Shown here: positions 27,460-39,832 of the stretch, piece after piece | How the letters are laid out: every line of letters starts with the position of its first letter | Numbering within the stretch: position 1 is the stretch's first letter | Assembly (NCBI GenBank): GCA_951406725.2 | Contig: OX597819.1 | Coordinates: 126,294,001 to 126,358,000 of the forward strand | Length of the DNA: 64,000 nucleotides | Reading direction: 5' to 3' | DNA from: Octopus vulgaris | Lineage: Eukaryota | Position numbers and translations under genes: made by a program | The notes under the pieces: generated by a model | Seen by the model: only the letters and a program-made list of their open reading frames with translations | Databases searched by the model: none | What the model was told of the DNA's origin: nothing

Positions 27460-27516
27460 CCTGCTACTCCAGACTGATGACGAGAAAAGACTCAGAAACT
27501 AGTCTCTGGATGCAGG
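27460..27516 (+). ncRNA. Minimal type-I hammerhead ribozyme
   Basis: cctgc-tac-tccaga CTGATGA c-gag-aaaaga-ctc-a GAAAC ta GTC tctgga-t-gcagg: perfect proximal stem I, intact core, palindromic ACTAGT stem III; C.A mismatch at the base of stem II. Confidence 0.8.
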
Positions 27517-27669
27517 CTTAGCTGGGTGGAGGTGCTTGTCTCCCCTTTGTAAATATAAGGACACAGGAAATGTGTCAAGGCCGACAGGAAGCATCAATGC
27601 CTCCTAGGGCTAAATAGCAGTGGTGTGATTCCCTTCATGGGACTGTCACGTTAAGTTGACAGTATACAG

Positions 27670-27750
<81 letters not shown>

Positions 27751-28005
27751 TCAATATAGGGTGGCAAAAAATTTCGCAGAATTTATATATATATATATAT
27801 ATATTCCACCACTAGTTACACTGTTTCGTTATGTGTGCATTCGGTCAGGCGGAAAAAAAGCTGAAAATATCAAATTTTTGTCACCTGAACAAAAGCACAT
27901 ACCTAGGAGTAACGGCAGAGAAAAACAACTTTGTGTGTGTGTGTTTGCGCGTATGCGAGCGTGCGCATACATATGTGTGCATATATATATATGTGCATGT
28001 GTGTG

Positions 28006-28039
<34 letters not shown>

Positions 28040-28275
28040 TGTATGTATGTATGTATGTATGTATGTATGTATGCATGTATGTATGTATGTATGTATGTAT
28101 GTATGTATGTATATATAAATACACTTTATATATATGTATGGGAATTGGTAAGTGTTGGGAATTGGTAAGCGTTTGGAGTTGGTAAACATTGGTGATTGGT
28201 AAATGGCGGTCCTGCTCACGTGGTTGGTTTGTAGCGGGGACCGTGGTGCCGGCGATGCAGAGTAGCAGCTAGTGC

Positions 28276-28500
28276 TAAGGTGGTATGTCCGGGTGGAAAT
28301 TTGCCAGAAGGGCATATCTCTGGCGACAGCTATACGATAAATCGTATTTCTTGTTGATGGATACTGCTGGTTGTTAGAGGATATGCAGTTTTTCGCGGGG
28401 GCAGAACTGGCACTTGGGGGGCACTGAGTGAATATGGTGGCGCTCTGTTGACAATAGTCTACTTGGTGCTTGGTATTTCATCTTGGAGATCACGGAATTA
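28276..28500 (-). mobile_element. PLE endonuclease (GIY-YIG region) C-terminal remnant
   Basis: K*TIVNRAPPYSLSAP/KCQFCPREKLHIL*QP..INKKYDLSYSCRQRYALLANF resembles the PLE W.I...A.PY....CxLC..EK..I..LNK..CRH terminus. Confidence 0.65.
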
Positions 28501-28663
28501 CCAAAGAAAATGAGACAAGGAAGTAGACCCGCATACCCGGTACGCATAAGCACGCGCATGCGTGTGTGCGCGCACACTGGTATGCTTCTCCCCACCAACA
28601 ACCTGACCGATTTCAAATCCCCACGTGCTCTATTTCCTCTCTCTTTATATGTATATATATACT

Positions 28664-28883
28664 CTACTCTTTTACTCTTTTACTTGTTTGTCATTTGACT
28701 GCGGCCATGCTGGAGCACCGCCTTTAATCGAGCAACTCGACCCCGGGACTTATTCTTTTGTAAGCCCAGTACTTATTCTAAGTGACGAACCGCTAGGTGA
28801 CGGGGACGTAAACATACCAGCATCGGTTGTCAAGCAATGCTAGGGGGACAAACACAGACACACAAACATATACACATACATAC

Positions 28884-28952
<69 letters not shown>

Positions 28953-29124
28953 CATATATACGACAGGCTTCTTTCAGTTTCCGTCTACCAAATCCACTCA
29001 CAAGGCTTTGGTCGGCCCGAGCCTATAGTAGAAGACACTTGCCCAAGGTGCCACGCAGTGGGACTGAACCCGGAACCATGTGGTTCGTAAGCAAGCTACT
29101 TACCACACAGTCACTCCTGCGCCT
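28664..29124 (-). mobile_element. SINE-C, essentially full length with internal (TA)n
   Basis: Reverse complement of 41961-42358. Confidence 0.92.
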
Positions 29125-29165
29125 ATATATATATACATATGCATATACATTAACATATACTTATA

Positions 29166-29346
29166 CAGGGTGGCCCAGAAGTAGGTTTACAGTTATTTAG
29201 CTATATATTTTGCATTAAATATTTGAAACCATTATCCTATGCTAATTTTGTTAATTGTAAGACAGAAATTTAAATGTGATAAACTGTTTTAAAAGAAATT
29301 TAAAGTGCCTTTGTCATAACTGTAAATCTACTTTTGGGCCACCCTA
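29166..29346. mobile_element. Tc1/mariner-type MITE
   Basis: 31-bp TIRs CAGGGTGGCCCAGAAGTAGGTTTACAGTTAT / ATAACTGTAAATCTACTTTTGGGCCACCCTA, TA context. Confidence 0.88.
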
Positions 29347-29348
29347 TG

Positions 29349-29416
<68 letters not shown>

Positions 29417-29429
29417 TTATATATATATG

Positions 29430-29476
<47 letters not shown>

Positions 29477-29979
29477 CATCAACTAGAAAAACGATACACG
29501 GTTGCTTTTGAACAAAAATACAGTGTGGTATCAATTTCAATGAAGTTACACAGGCACAGCCTTGTTGACACTTCTCACTGACAGATATGCAGTGATCCAG
29601 TGACTGACGTGGTGGAAGCCTGGCATTAACGACGCTATTGTTCACAAATGCATATAAAAGTATTAAAGTAAGTAATTTTGTTTGCCTGTAATTATTGAAA
29701 GCTTCATTTGTATACGTGTAAATAGTTTTGGCAATTTCTTGAAAACTATGAAAGCGAATAATTAATTCAATCTTTGGATACAAAATGAACATAGCGAGAC
29801 ACGCACATATACACAAATGCGCTCGCACACACTCGGTGCCTATAATAAGCACACAATAACAGAATAACGCACACTTATTCTGTGCGTTTGTGGCTGTGTG
29901 CGTCTGTGTGTGTGTGTGCGTGTGTGAAAGAGAGAAAGAAATGAGGGGTGGAGAGATTATAACTATATACATATATATA

Positions 29980-30566
29980 TATTTCTTTATTGCCCTCAAG
30001 GGGCTAAACATAGAGGGGACAAACAAGGACAGACAAACGGATTAAGTCGATCTCAGTGCGAAACTGGTACTTTATTTATCGACCCCGAACGGATGAAAGG
30101 CATAGTTGACCTCGGGGAATTTGAACTCAGAACGTAACGACAGACGAAATACCTATTTCTTTATTACCCACAAAGGGCTAAACATAGAGGGGACAAACAA
30201 AGAGAGACAAAGGGATTAAGTCGATTACATCGACCCCAGTGCGAAACTGGTACTTATTTAATCGACCTCGAACGGATGAAAAACAAAGTTGACCTTGGCG
30301 GAATTTGAAGTCAGAACGTAACGACAGACGAAATACCTATTTCTTTATTACCCAGAAGGAGCTAAACATGGAGGGGACAAACAAGGACAGATATAGGTAT
30401 TAAGTCGATATCGACCCCAGTGCAAAACTGGTACTTAATTTATCGATCCCGAAAGGATGAAAAGCAAAGTCGACCTCGGCGGAATTTGAACTCAGAACAT
30501 AACGGCAGCCGAAATACCGCTAAGCATTTTGCCCGGCGTGCTAACGATTCTGCCAGCTCGCCGCCT
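29980..30566 (-). mobile_element. SINE-B head-to-tail trimer
   Basis: Three body units (starts ~29980, 30155, 30339), one head; junctions GACGAAATACC|TATTTCTTT. Confidence 0.92.
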
Positions 30567-30624
30567 CTATATACATATATATAAATATGAGGACCCTTAT
30601 GTGCTTGTGTATATTTACACACAC

Positions 30625-31724
30625 ACAAGTAAAGAATGTACCAGATGGGTGCCAAGAGAGCTTATCGATGGCTATAAACGCAATCGTGTGGAGATCTGTC
30701 AACGTTTACTCGAACACTACAACAATAAAAGGTGAAACTTTTTTGCAGAGAATAGTCACAGGGGAAATGACCTGGGTCATCAATTTGATCCAGAATTTAA
30801 AAGGCTGAACTTGGACTGGAAACAGGCGGAATCGCCTGCGAAAGAAAAATTCAAGATTCAACCTTCCACAGAAAAAAGGGATGCTAACCGTGGTGGGTGA
30901 ACGCCTATACTGGAACATTGCCAAGAAAAGAGATCTACAATGACCAGTGTAGGCTACAGTGAAATGCTGACCAACAAATTGAAACTAGCAAGTTGCATAA
31001 AACATCTTGGTCTGTTATCAAACCAATTGTTGTTGTTTCATTATAATGTATACTTACTTGTACTTGTACTTGTGGCGACATTCACCCTGGGCGGGTTGAG
31101 TCGGCTTCTTCTATTGGAAGGAGTTCCGTGGAAATGTGTGGATTTCACAAGCGGTCCCCAACAATCTCGCATTTAGAGACATCCTGTTTGCCGCAGATTG
31201 TCCGCAGACGCAGGGACTGAACGACCGAGGAGCCGCCAGTTGCCGAAACAGACACTCCGAGGATTTTCACCAGAGCCCCGTCTGCCGGGTTGTAGCCCTA
31301 ATACCACTCAGTGTAAGACCAATCCGCCTTGGGTGGCCCTAACAAGAACAGAAGTTCCCGACGGCATAGCTCTGACACCATTGAAACCATTGAAAAATTG
31401 GGTGTCGATCTGCTGGAACACTCATCATATAATCCAGATTTCGTTCTCTCCGACTATCACCTCTTTGGATTGCCAAAACATCCTTTACAAGCTCGTTGAG
31501 TTGGTACGGATGAAGAAGCTCAGGAAGCGGTGCATAAATGGCTGCGCAACCAGCCGGAAATCTTCTCCGGTGGAATAAGCCAGCTTATGGACCGCTGGAA
31601 AAAGTGCATCGAAAAGCAAGGAGACTATGTCGAAAAAATGATGAAATTGTTCAACTCCTGCATTTGTTTAAATATATTAAATTGCAGACACAAGAGTGCG
31701 TACAATTTTTTACTCACCCTCGTA
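30625..31724 (+). mobile_element. Mariner transposase pseudogene interrupted by an RTE-derived element
   Basis: RWVPREL..RVEICQRLL, FLQRIVTGEMTWV, YNPDFVLSDYHLFG, GISQLMDRWKKCIEKQGDYVEK; ends CTCACCCTCG-TA. Confidence 0.9.
31051..31380 (-). mobile_element. Non-autonomous bipartite RTE derivative (5'UTR + 3' end)
   Basis: RC starts GAGCTATGCCGTCGGGAAC..TAGGGCCACCCAAGGCGG (RTE 5'UTR-like motif), ends GAAGCCGACTCAACCCGCCCAGGGTGA..(CAAGTA)n; paralog at 45512. Confidence 0.75.
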
Positions 31725-31807
31725 TTATTTAATTTGAGGCTGTAAATCCATCAACTCTTAGGATAACTCTATAATGTTGGTACATAGTGCGTCAGTAGTT
31801 GGTATAT

Positions 31808-32226
31808 AGGCGGCGAGCTGGCAGAAACGTTAGCACGCCGGATGAAATGCTTGGCAGTATTTCGTCTGTCGTTACATTCTGAGTTCAAATTCCACCTAGG
31901 TCGACTTTGCTTTTCATCCTTTCGGGGTCGATAAATTAAGTACCAGTTACGCACTGGAGTAGATGTAATCGACTTAATACCTATGTCTGTCCTTGTTTGT
32001 CCCCTCTATGTTTAGCACCTTGTGGGTAATAAAGAAATAGGTATTTCGTCTGCCGTTACGTTCTGAGTGCAAATTCCGCAGAGGTCGACTTTGCCTTTCA
32101 TCCTTTCGGGGTCGATAAATTAAGTATCAGTTACGCACTGGGGTCGATATAATCGACTTAATACCTTTGTCTGTCCTTGTTCGTCCCCTCTGTGTTTAGC
32201 CCCTTGTGGGTAGTAAAGAAATAGGT
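31808..32226 (+). mobile_element. SINE-B head-to-tail dimer
   Basis: Junction AAAGAAATAG|GTATTTCGTCTG at ~32040. Confidence 0.92.
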
Positions 32227-32534
32227 GCATAGTGGATCAGTAGTTGTTACATAGTGGATCTGTCAAATAATAAAGTAAATTTAATACACTATCGCTCCCT
32301 AAAATGTGTGGCTTAGTGCATCAATTAGATATCAATAATCAGAGTGTTATGATTTTATTTAATATATGGTTGTTAAGTGTTTTCCCTGCATTGGACCCCT
32401 AGAGTAGATAAAAGCAAAACGGATTCTGCTCATATTTGAACTCAGAACGTTAAGGGAAGGGTTGTTGCTAAATAGAAACATAATTCCCCATTGTTTGATG
32501 TACCGATTCAGTTAATAATATTTCTAGCAAAGGT

Positions 32535-32750
32535 AAAGCGGCAATTTGGCAAAAATATTAGCACGCCGAATGAAATGCTTAGTGGCGCTTTGTCCGTCTT
32601 TACGTTCTGAGTCCAAGTTCCGCCGAGGTTGACTTATGTTTCATCATTTTGAACTGTCGATAAAATAAATACCAATTGAGCACTGGAGTCGATGTAATCG
32701 ACTTAGCTCTTCTCACAAAATAGCTGGCCTTGTGCTAGAATTTGAAACCA
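32535..32750 (+). mobile_element. Diverged SINE-B (tail variant 2)
   Basis: TTAGCACGCCG..ACGTTCTGAG..GTCGATGTAATCGAC..GGCCTTGTG. Confidence 0.75.
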
Positions 32751-32831
32751 ATAATATTTCTAGTATAAACATGAAGCCGTTTGCACAGAGAGCAAAGTCG
32801 ATCAAATTAAATTCCATTATTTCCTGGTATA

Positions 32832-33545
32832 TATCAGGTCATCCCATAAGTTCTGTCCGAGTTTTGAATAAAGAAAACAAGTGATCATCAATGTACTTTC
32901 CCTGATTATCTATGACTTCCTTCCATCTACTTACAAGCTTTTTAATCCCATCAATGTAAAACAAGCTTTTTAATCCCATCAATGTAAAACTCTTTTGGTT
33001 TCAAAGCGAAGCACTCTGAAATGTCAGTTTCGATCTCCTGGCTTGTAAAAGTTATGTCCCCCAAATGATTATGTAAACTATGAAACTAATGGTAGTCTGA
33101 AGGAGCAAGGTCGAGACAATAAGGTGGATGAGAAATTTTTTCCCAACAAAGCTTTTCGATCTTCTGTGATGTGATCTTTGCAGTGTGGGGTCGCGCATTG
33201 TCCTGATGAAGCATCACTCCTTTTCGATTCACTAAAGCGGGTCTTCTTTTTTTCGAAGCTTGGTTCAAACGCTCCTATTGCTGACAGTAGACTTGAGCAT
33301 TGATTGTTGCATTAGGTGGTAACAATTCAAAGTGAATTACTCCTTTGCAATTCCACCAGATAGAGAGAAGATCCTTTTTTCCATGAAGATCCCTTCTCGG
33401 TTGTGGTTGAGCTTTTATGACGTTTAACATTTCGATAGAAGATCCATTTTTCGCCACCAGTCACAAGTCTATCCAAAAAGGGTGAAATGAGTTCGCGAGA
33501 ATGGAGAGAAGAGCATTTTTTCCGCACAGTAACGATTCTTGCAGC
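32832..33545 (-). mobile_element. Mariner transposase pseudogene (Mos1-like motifs)
   Basis: FLDRLVTGGEKWIFY, LSIWWNCKGVIHFELL, LHQDNARPHTA..HPPYCLDLAPSDYH. Confidence 0.92.
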
Positions 33546-34258
33546 TTGCTGCCTTATTTAAAAGTAATGATAACAGTAAATATTCATTTCCGCATACCCC
33601 CCACTCACATACAACACACAAATAATACACAATGTCGCGTTCGATTTTCTATTTTCCTGTTATGTTATACATCTGACATAAGTTTCACCTTATAACAACT
33701 GGAGTGTGACAGCATATTTATCTTCCAGTTGAGGTAACGCTTTCATTACATTTTCAAATGATATTAAGCGGATTTTAAAGATAATTAACCATTGTTACTT
33801 CCAATCCTTCAGTGATTGAAAGAAATGCACACATTTTACATTTCAAACTCTGACTAAAGATAGTCAGGCAAAATTCAGGATGCCATGACTGTATGGGAAT
33901 GGAAAATAGAATCCACACATTGGTTTTCTAACGCAGAACATATTTTACTAAATCTGTCAACTGTGAGAAAAAGTGATCTTTCTATAAGACAGGAAGTCTA
34001 ATAATACTTACAATACTGGGAGTAGCCACTACGTTTATGAAAAAACAGTCTAAATTACTGGAACCAGAGGCGATAGATTGACCGAATCTTCAGAGCATTG
34101 GACAAAAATGCTTTGACTGATATATTATTGATGCCAGAGAAATGAAAGGCTAAGTTGATCTAAATGGAATTTGAATTCACTATATAAAGAGCAAGAAGAA
34201 ATAGCACATAGCACATTTCCGACTCTAACAATTTTACCATTGTAGTTCTTTCTAATCA

Positions 34259-34442
34259 AGGAGTCGAGCTGGTAGAAACGTTCGCACGCCAGACAAGTTC
34301 TGAGTTCGAATTCCGCAGAGGTCGAGTTTGCCTTTCATCCTTTCGGAGTCGATAAAATAAGTACTAGTTGAACACTGGGGTCGATGTAATCGACTTAACC
34401 CTTCCCCGAAATTGTTGACCTTGTGCCAAAATTTGAAGCCAA
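34259..34442 (+). mobile_element. SINE-B (internally deleted, tail variant 2)
   Basis: GAGTTCGAATTCC..GCCTTTCATCCTTTCGGAGTCGATAAA. Confidence 0.8.
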
Positions 34443-35480
34443 TTTAATTATTTCTAATTTAGGTTCGAGGCGAGCAGATTTTGTGGGGAGTGCTAATTCA
34501 ATGCCATCGACCCAGTACGAATTTTTGTGCATGAATACACATAGCCTTGATGCTCATCTATTTTCACACTGATTGCGCCTGTGATTTTTAAAGGGTAAAA
34601 ACATTTGCAGAATACTCAGCAACACATACATTATAATTCACCATATAACTAGGTCTGTTTATATAATAACTAACTGAAACACAGCTAAAACGGAGGTTAA
34701 ACACATTTACATTGTCCTTTTCTTTTTCTTTTTACATAATAGTCGTCAGGTAGCCTATGTAATATAATATCCGTGAACACTTCGTACCTCTTATAAATAA
34801 ATATATATAACACCAGAGTCATGTACGATCAGTCTGCATTTTTTCCCGCTGCCACTCGACTTCTCTTTAAAATCATGTTTCTTTCTTTACTCCTTTTACT
34901 TATTTGTGTTGATATCCTCTTTCCTTTTGTATTCTGAGAAGGATTTAATTCACCATGGCGCTTCAGGGACCTTTATGCGAGCGGGAAGAGTCTTTAGTGT
35001 AACAAGAGCGAATTACTAGCACGCAAGCATATGTAAAGAAGGAGAAAACGTGAGAGGGAAAAAGAGAGAGAGAATGAGGCAGAGAGAGGAGTCGGGAGGG
35101 AAAATCGGTATTTTATTTATTGAACCCGAATGTTTGAAAGGTAAAGGTGACCTTGACTGGATTTGAACTCAAAGGTGAGAACCAAAACGATTTCTACAAC
35201 GCTGCCTATCCGACGATCAAACGTGTACTAATAGGCCCTCTACACATACATATATGCACTATATATGTGTGTATCTAACAACAAATGGAACTGTGCAGTT
35301 GCCGAATGATATCCAAGAGATCGGAAGTGACCATACGAATGGCCGTCAGAACGGTGGGAAGACGGTTTAGTGAAACGATTTGAGCCAAAGTGGAAAAGAA
35401 TGGTAGAACCAAGAAAGAATTGGAAGTGCATTGTGACAAGCGATGTATAAAAACATTTGATAGACTTGTCGATGCAGTGA

Positions 35481-35615
35481 CACACATACACAGAGGCACA
35501 CGCACACACACAGAGGCACACGCACACACACAGAGGCACACGCACACACACAGAGGCACACGCACACACACAGAGGCACACGCACACACACAGAGGCACA
35601 CGCACACACACAGAG

Positions 35616-35682
<67 letters not shown>
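35481..35682. repeat. 20-bp minisatellite (CACAGAGGCACACGCACACA)x~7 merging into (CA)n
   Basis: Direct inspection. Confidence 0.95.
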
Positions 35683-35687
<5 letters not shown>

Positions 35688-36328
35688 AAACGTAATGTTT
35701 CACATTCCAGTCTCGCTGATAGAGCAAAACTGAAACAACAAACGGATTGGCAGTGAGTGACAGTCAGAGATATCAAAAGCATGACAAATGTCACTTGTTC
35801 GTACTTTAATTGTACTCTATAGTTGTTTCAGTAAGATAATCACTACCAAGTCTATAGTTACATAACTGTGATAAATAATTGATTAAAAGTAAATATAGTT
35901 ATTTAAAAAAAAAAAAACATGTGCCACCCCAAATAATCAGGAAGGCTGTTTGTTATATATGTCAGAAAGTCGTAAAAGGTTTAAGTGCATCCAGATAGAG
36001 GGATTTGCTGCGATATTTTTTCAAAAGAATTTTCTACATCAACTCTCTTTAGGGACATACGTACAAACTGCATGCATGTATGTATGCATGCATGCATGTA
36101 TGTATGTATGTATGTATGTATGTATGTTTGTATGTATGTATGTATGCATGTATGCATGCATGTATGTATGTATGTATGCATGTATGTATGCATGCATGCA
36201 TGTATGTATGTATGTATGTATGTATGTATGTATGTATGTATGTATGTATGTATGTATGCATACATGCATATATGTATATATGAATCTATATACATATACG
36301 CACCCGCGTGTGTGTACTATATATATAT

Positions 36329-36558
36329 ATTTCTTTACCACCCACAAGGAGCTAAACACAAAGGGGAGAAACAAGGACAGACAATGGGATTAAGCCGTTT
36401 ACATCGACCCCAGTGCGTAACTGGTACTTAATTCATCGACCCCGAAAGGATGAAAGGCAAAGTCGACCTCGGCGGAATTTGAACTCAGAACGTAATGACA
36501 GACGAAATACTGCTAAGCATTTCGCCCGGCGTCCTAACGTCTCTGCCAGTTCGCCGCC
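36329..36558 (-). mobile_element. SINE-B monomer
   Basis: Reverse complement of the 7675 family. Confidence 0.9.
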
Positions 36559-36608
36559 ATATATATATTATGCATATATATATGCATACACACATGCCTA
36601 CTACACAC

Positions 36609-36651
<43 letters not shown>

Positions 36652-37077
36652 CACATAGACATATACGAATATCGACGTGTGTAGTGTGTAACCTACTTAC
36701 CCATATATCCACAAATAAACCCCGGAAAATTATCTCGTTCGCCCTCACTTTCTAGTTAGATGTTGGAATTGATACACAATAGCTTTACAAGCAATCACTA
36801 ATATAATATGAACATCAACGAAAATGCTTGAAGGTGAGGCATAGTAACATCACAAATATCAAAAGTACTTTTGCCAAGAATCCTAGAGCGTCTACATAGA
36901 ATTAAGAAGAAGATTAAATAATGTGCAAAATAATAAATAAAACGTGTTTTATTTATTAATTATTTTGCACATTATTTAATCATAGTTATATGTTTTATCT
37001 TATATTTAATCTTTCTATAAGATGTAATTTTTCGAAATGGTATAATTTAATTTTTCATTATTGAAGTGTTAAAAGGG

Positions 37078-37117
<40 letters not shown>

Positions 37118-37118
37118 T

Positions 37119-37288
37119 CGAAGGACTTCTTTCAGTTTCCTTGTACCAAATCCACTGACTTTGATCGCCTTTGATTGGCTCGAAGCTATAGCAAAAGCCA
37201 CTTGCTCAAGGTGCCACACAGTGGGACTGAACCCGGAACCATATGGTTGAGAAGCAAACTTCTTACCACACAGTCACTCCTGCGCCTA
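37119..37288 (-). mobile_element. SINE-C 5' half
   Basis: GTGGGACTGAACCCGGAACC..ACTCCTGCGCCTAT. Confidence 0.85.
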
Positions 37289-37899
37289 TATACATGTGTG
37301 TGTATATATATAAAATCTTTGGTTTTGTTAGTACGAGTGGGCAATCACGAACACCTAACAGGATATGAGTAGCACAGGTATTGTATTACCAATAACATAT
37401 AGTGTTCTATAATACATCCTTATATGCGTACGTATATATAAAGAGATAGAAAGAGAGAGAGAGTGAGAAAGCTAGGGATACATACACACATGCACACGCA
37501 TGTATATACAGTTGTATATAAGTAGGCTTTTATTGTATACGCGGGTAGGCTTATAAACAGTAGATCATAGTGAGAGAGAGAGAGGGAAGGGTTAGAAAGA
37601 GAAAAGAGAGAGAGAGAGATAAAACGAGAGCCGTTGAAAACCGGAGTACAGAGCTGCATTCATACTTATATACACTAGGCGTTTGTAAATGATTGATGGA
37701 TGGGATTTTATTTGAAATACTAATAAAAACACTCAGAAAACATTAAGTGTCATATGAGAGAATTCTCCTGCCAACCGCTCCCAAAGATGTAATTTAGTAT
37801 GTCTGGCACACTGGATAACCAGTCGCTGTTAAATATGACCGTTTGATTAATAATAATAATAATGATGATGATAATGATGATGATAATAATAATAATGAT

Positions 37900-38110
37900 G
37901 GTTTTAAATTTGTCCACAAGGGCAGCTATATTTAGGGGAAGGGATATGTCAATTACATCGATTCCAATGTTTCAGTGGTACTTAATTTATCGACCCCTGA
38001 AAGGATGAAAAGCAAAGTCAACCTTGGTGAAATTTGAACACAGAACGTAGCGACGACAGATGAAATACCGCCTAGCATTTTGCCCGACGTGCTAACGATT
38101 CTGCCAGCAC
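37900..38110 (-). mobile_element. Diverged SINE-B (tail variant 2)
   Basis: GGTACTTAATTTATCGACCCC..GTGCTAACGATTCTGCCAGC. Confidence 0.8.
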
Positions 38111-38329
38111 TAACAACAACAACAACGACAACAATAATGAAATAAACTCGACTGCGCTCACAAATGAGAATACTAAAAATTAAGTTAAAAAATCGGAAAA
38201 ATAATCCAGAATCCTTGTCCGGTACGGGATCGATCTGAAAATCTAATCAGTTCGTGCCAGTTACGAGGCCAAACATCCTTAAACATTTCATCCGAATCTA
38301 TCCCGCGCTGCCCAATTTGCAGCGGATAT

Positions 38330-39830
38330 GAATGTTGTACAGCCTAAATTTCGGAGTGGCTTGATGGCTTTCTACTCCCTGTCACAAAAAGATCAAATTC
38401 CTATATTCAGGATACTTTTTATTTTGTGTCTAATCACCGAAGCAGTGTCGAAAATTGTTTTTTGGTAACCATTGGATGTTTCTCCCCTACATCCCAATAT
38501 TGACCACCATGGAAGGGTGCAAGCATGCATGAATGACTTAGAAAAACGGTCAAACAAAAGTATTTCATCAAATTTTCTCTGTAGGTTATTGAGGTTTGTG
38601 TTTCAAAGTAACACAATGAAGTTTGCACAAAAATTTTACCAACAGACGAAGGGCAGTTAATTTCGCTGATGGCTTCATGGCGAAATTCGAGACCATACTT
38701 GGTCATGAACCAATACTCTGGTTACGGTTCATTGATGACGTCTTTTTTGTCTAGGAAGGATCACAGGATATTTTAATTGACTTCATGCAATTTCTGTGAC
38801 TGTTATGCTAAAAATTATGGCTTTAAATCCAGCATAAAAATCTTTCAAAAACTAGGGTTGTGTTTTTGGACACAAAAGTTAAATTTCCTGGTGACAAAGC
38901 CCACGTCATCACACATTTACTTCCACCGCCGCCCGATCACCCACATCATATAATTCGGTCAAATCCGAAATCCCAATTTTCTTTAGGACAAAATGTATTA
39001 GGGGGTTATTGGAAGCATGAGAATGCCTTTGTATACCATTATGTCACTCGGTTACAATGAATCATGATTAAAGGAAATTTTGTAAGTGACAAAGCTAACA
39101 TTAGCAAGGAAAATATGTGATAGAATTCCCTTAGTGATTAACTGGACCCAAAATTTCACTGGCATCTCAAAAGTGTTACATGAACCTTTACACAAAAATA
39201 CTTTCGTTTCAAACAAATATTCCCTTAACCGCCTTCGTCTACGTACACATACCAACACACTCACATACGCCTACACACACAAACACACTCACATCCGTAC
39301 CCACCTATTCACACACCCTTCAGACTGCCTCTCAAACACCCTTGTACCACCCGATTGCTACAGACCATCCCATCTACTCACATATGCAAAAACACTCAGT
39401 CACATAAAAACACACGCACCTGCTACCATAACTGGTGACATCTGAGTACGACATTAACACACATACACATTTAAACAGTTAATACCACACACACCACACA
39501 TACACACACATATACACACAGAGTTACCACCATATGCACACACACGCAGTTACTATCACACACACATATATACAGTTACCATCCTTTCTTCACACTCTCC
39601 TGTCTCAAAAAGTACTTCCGCTTTGTCCATCTACTTCCGGTCATTCCAAAATATAACCACATGTGGACTTTTGGCATTTTTTTCCTCCGTCTTCCTTTTC
39701 TCTTGGACTTTCTTCTGTCTCCTGCTTCTGAACAAGAAGAACTTTGCTCGAAGCGTAACACACTCTTTCTATTCTTCTCTGTCTTTGCACGTCCTCAAGT
39801 TGTTGTTTTTTTTCTTGTCCTTTTTCTCCT
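38330..39830 (+). mobile_element. Decayed Penelope-like element (RT fragments + pLTR)
   Basis: ISEWLDGFL..SYIQDT, LDVSPLHPNIDH, LWLRFIDDVFFV, FLDTKV, DRIPLVI; pLTR 39650-39830 homologous to 16341-16572. Confidence 0.8.
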
Positions 39831-39832
39831 TT

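Noticed and set aside
38140-38325. Possible Helitron/Helentron-type non-autonomous fragment
   Set aside because: Resemblance only; no termini identifiable
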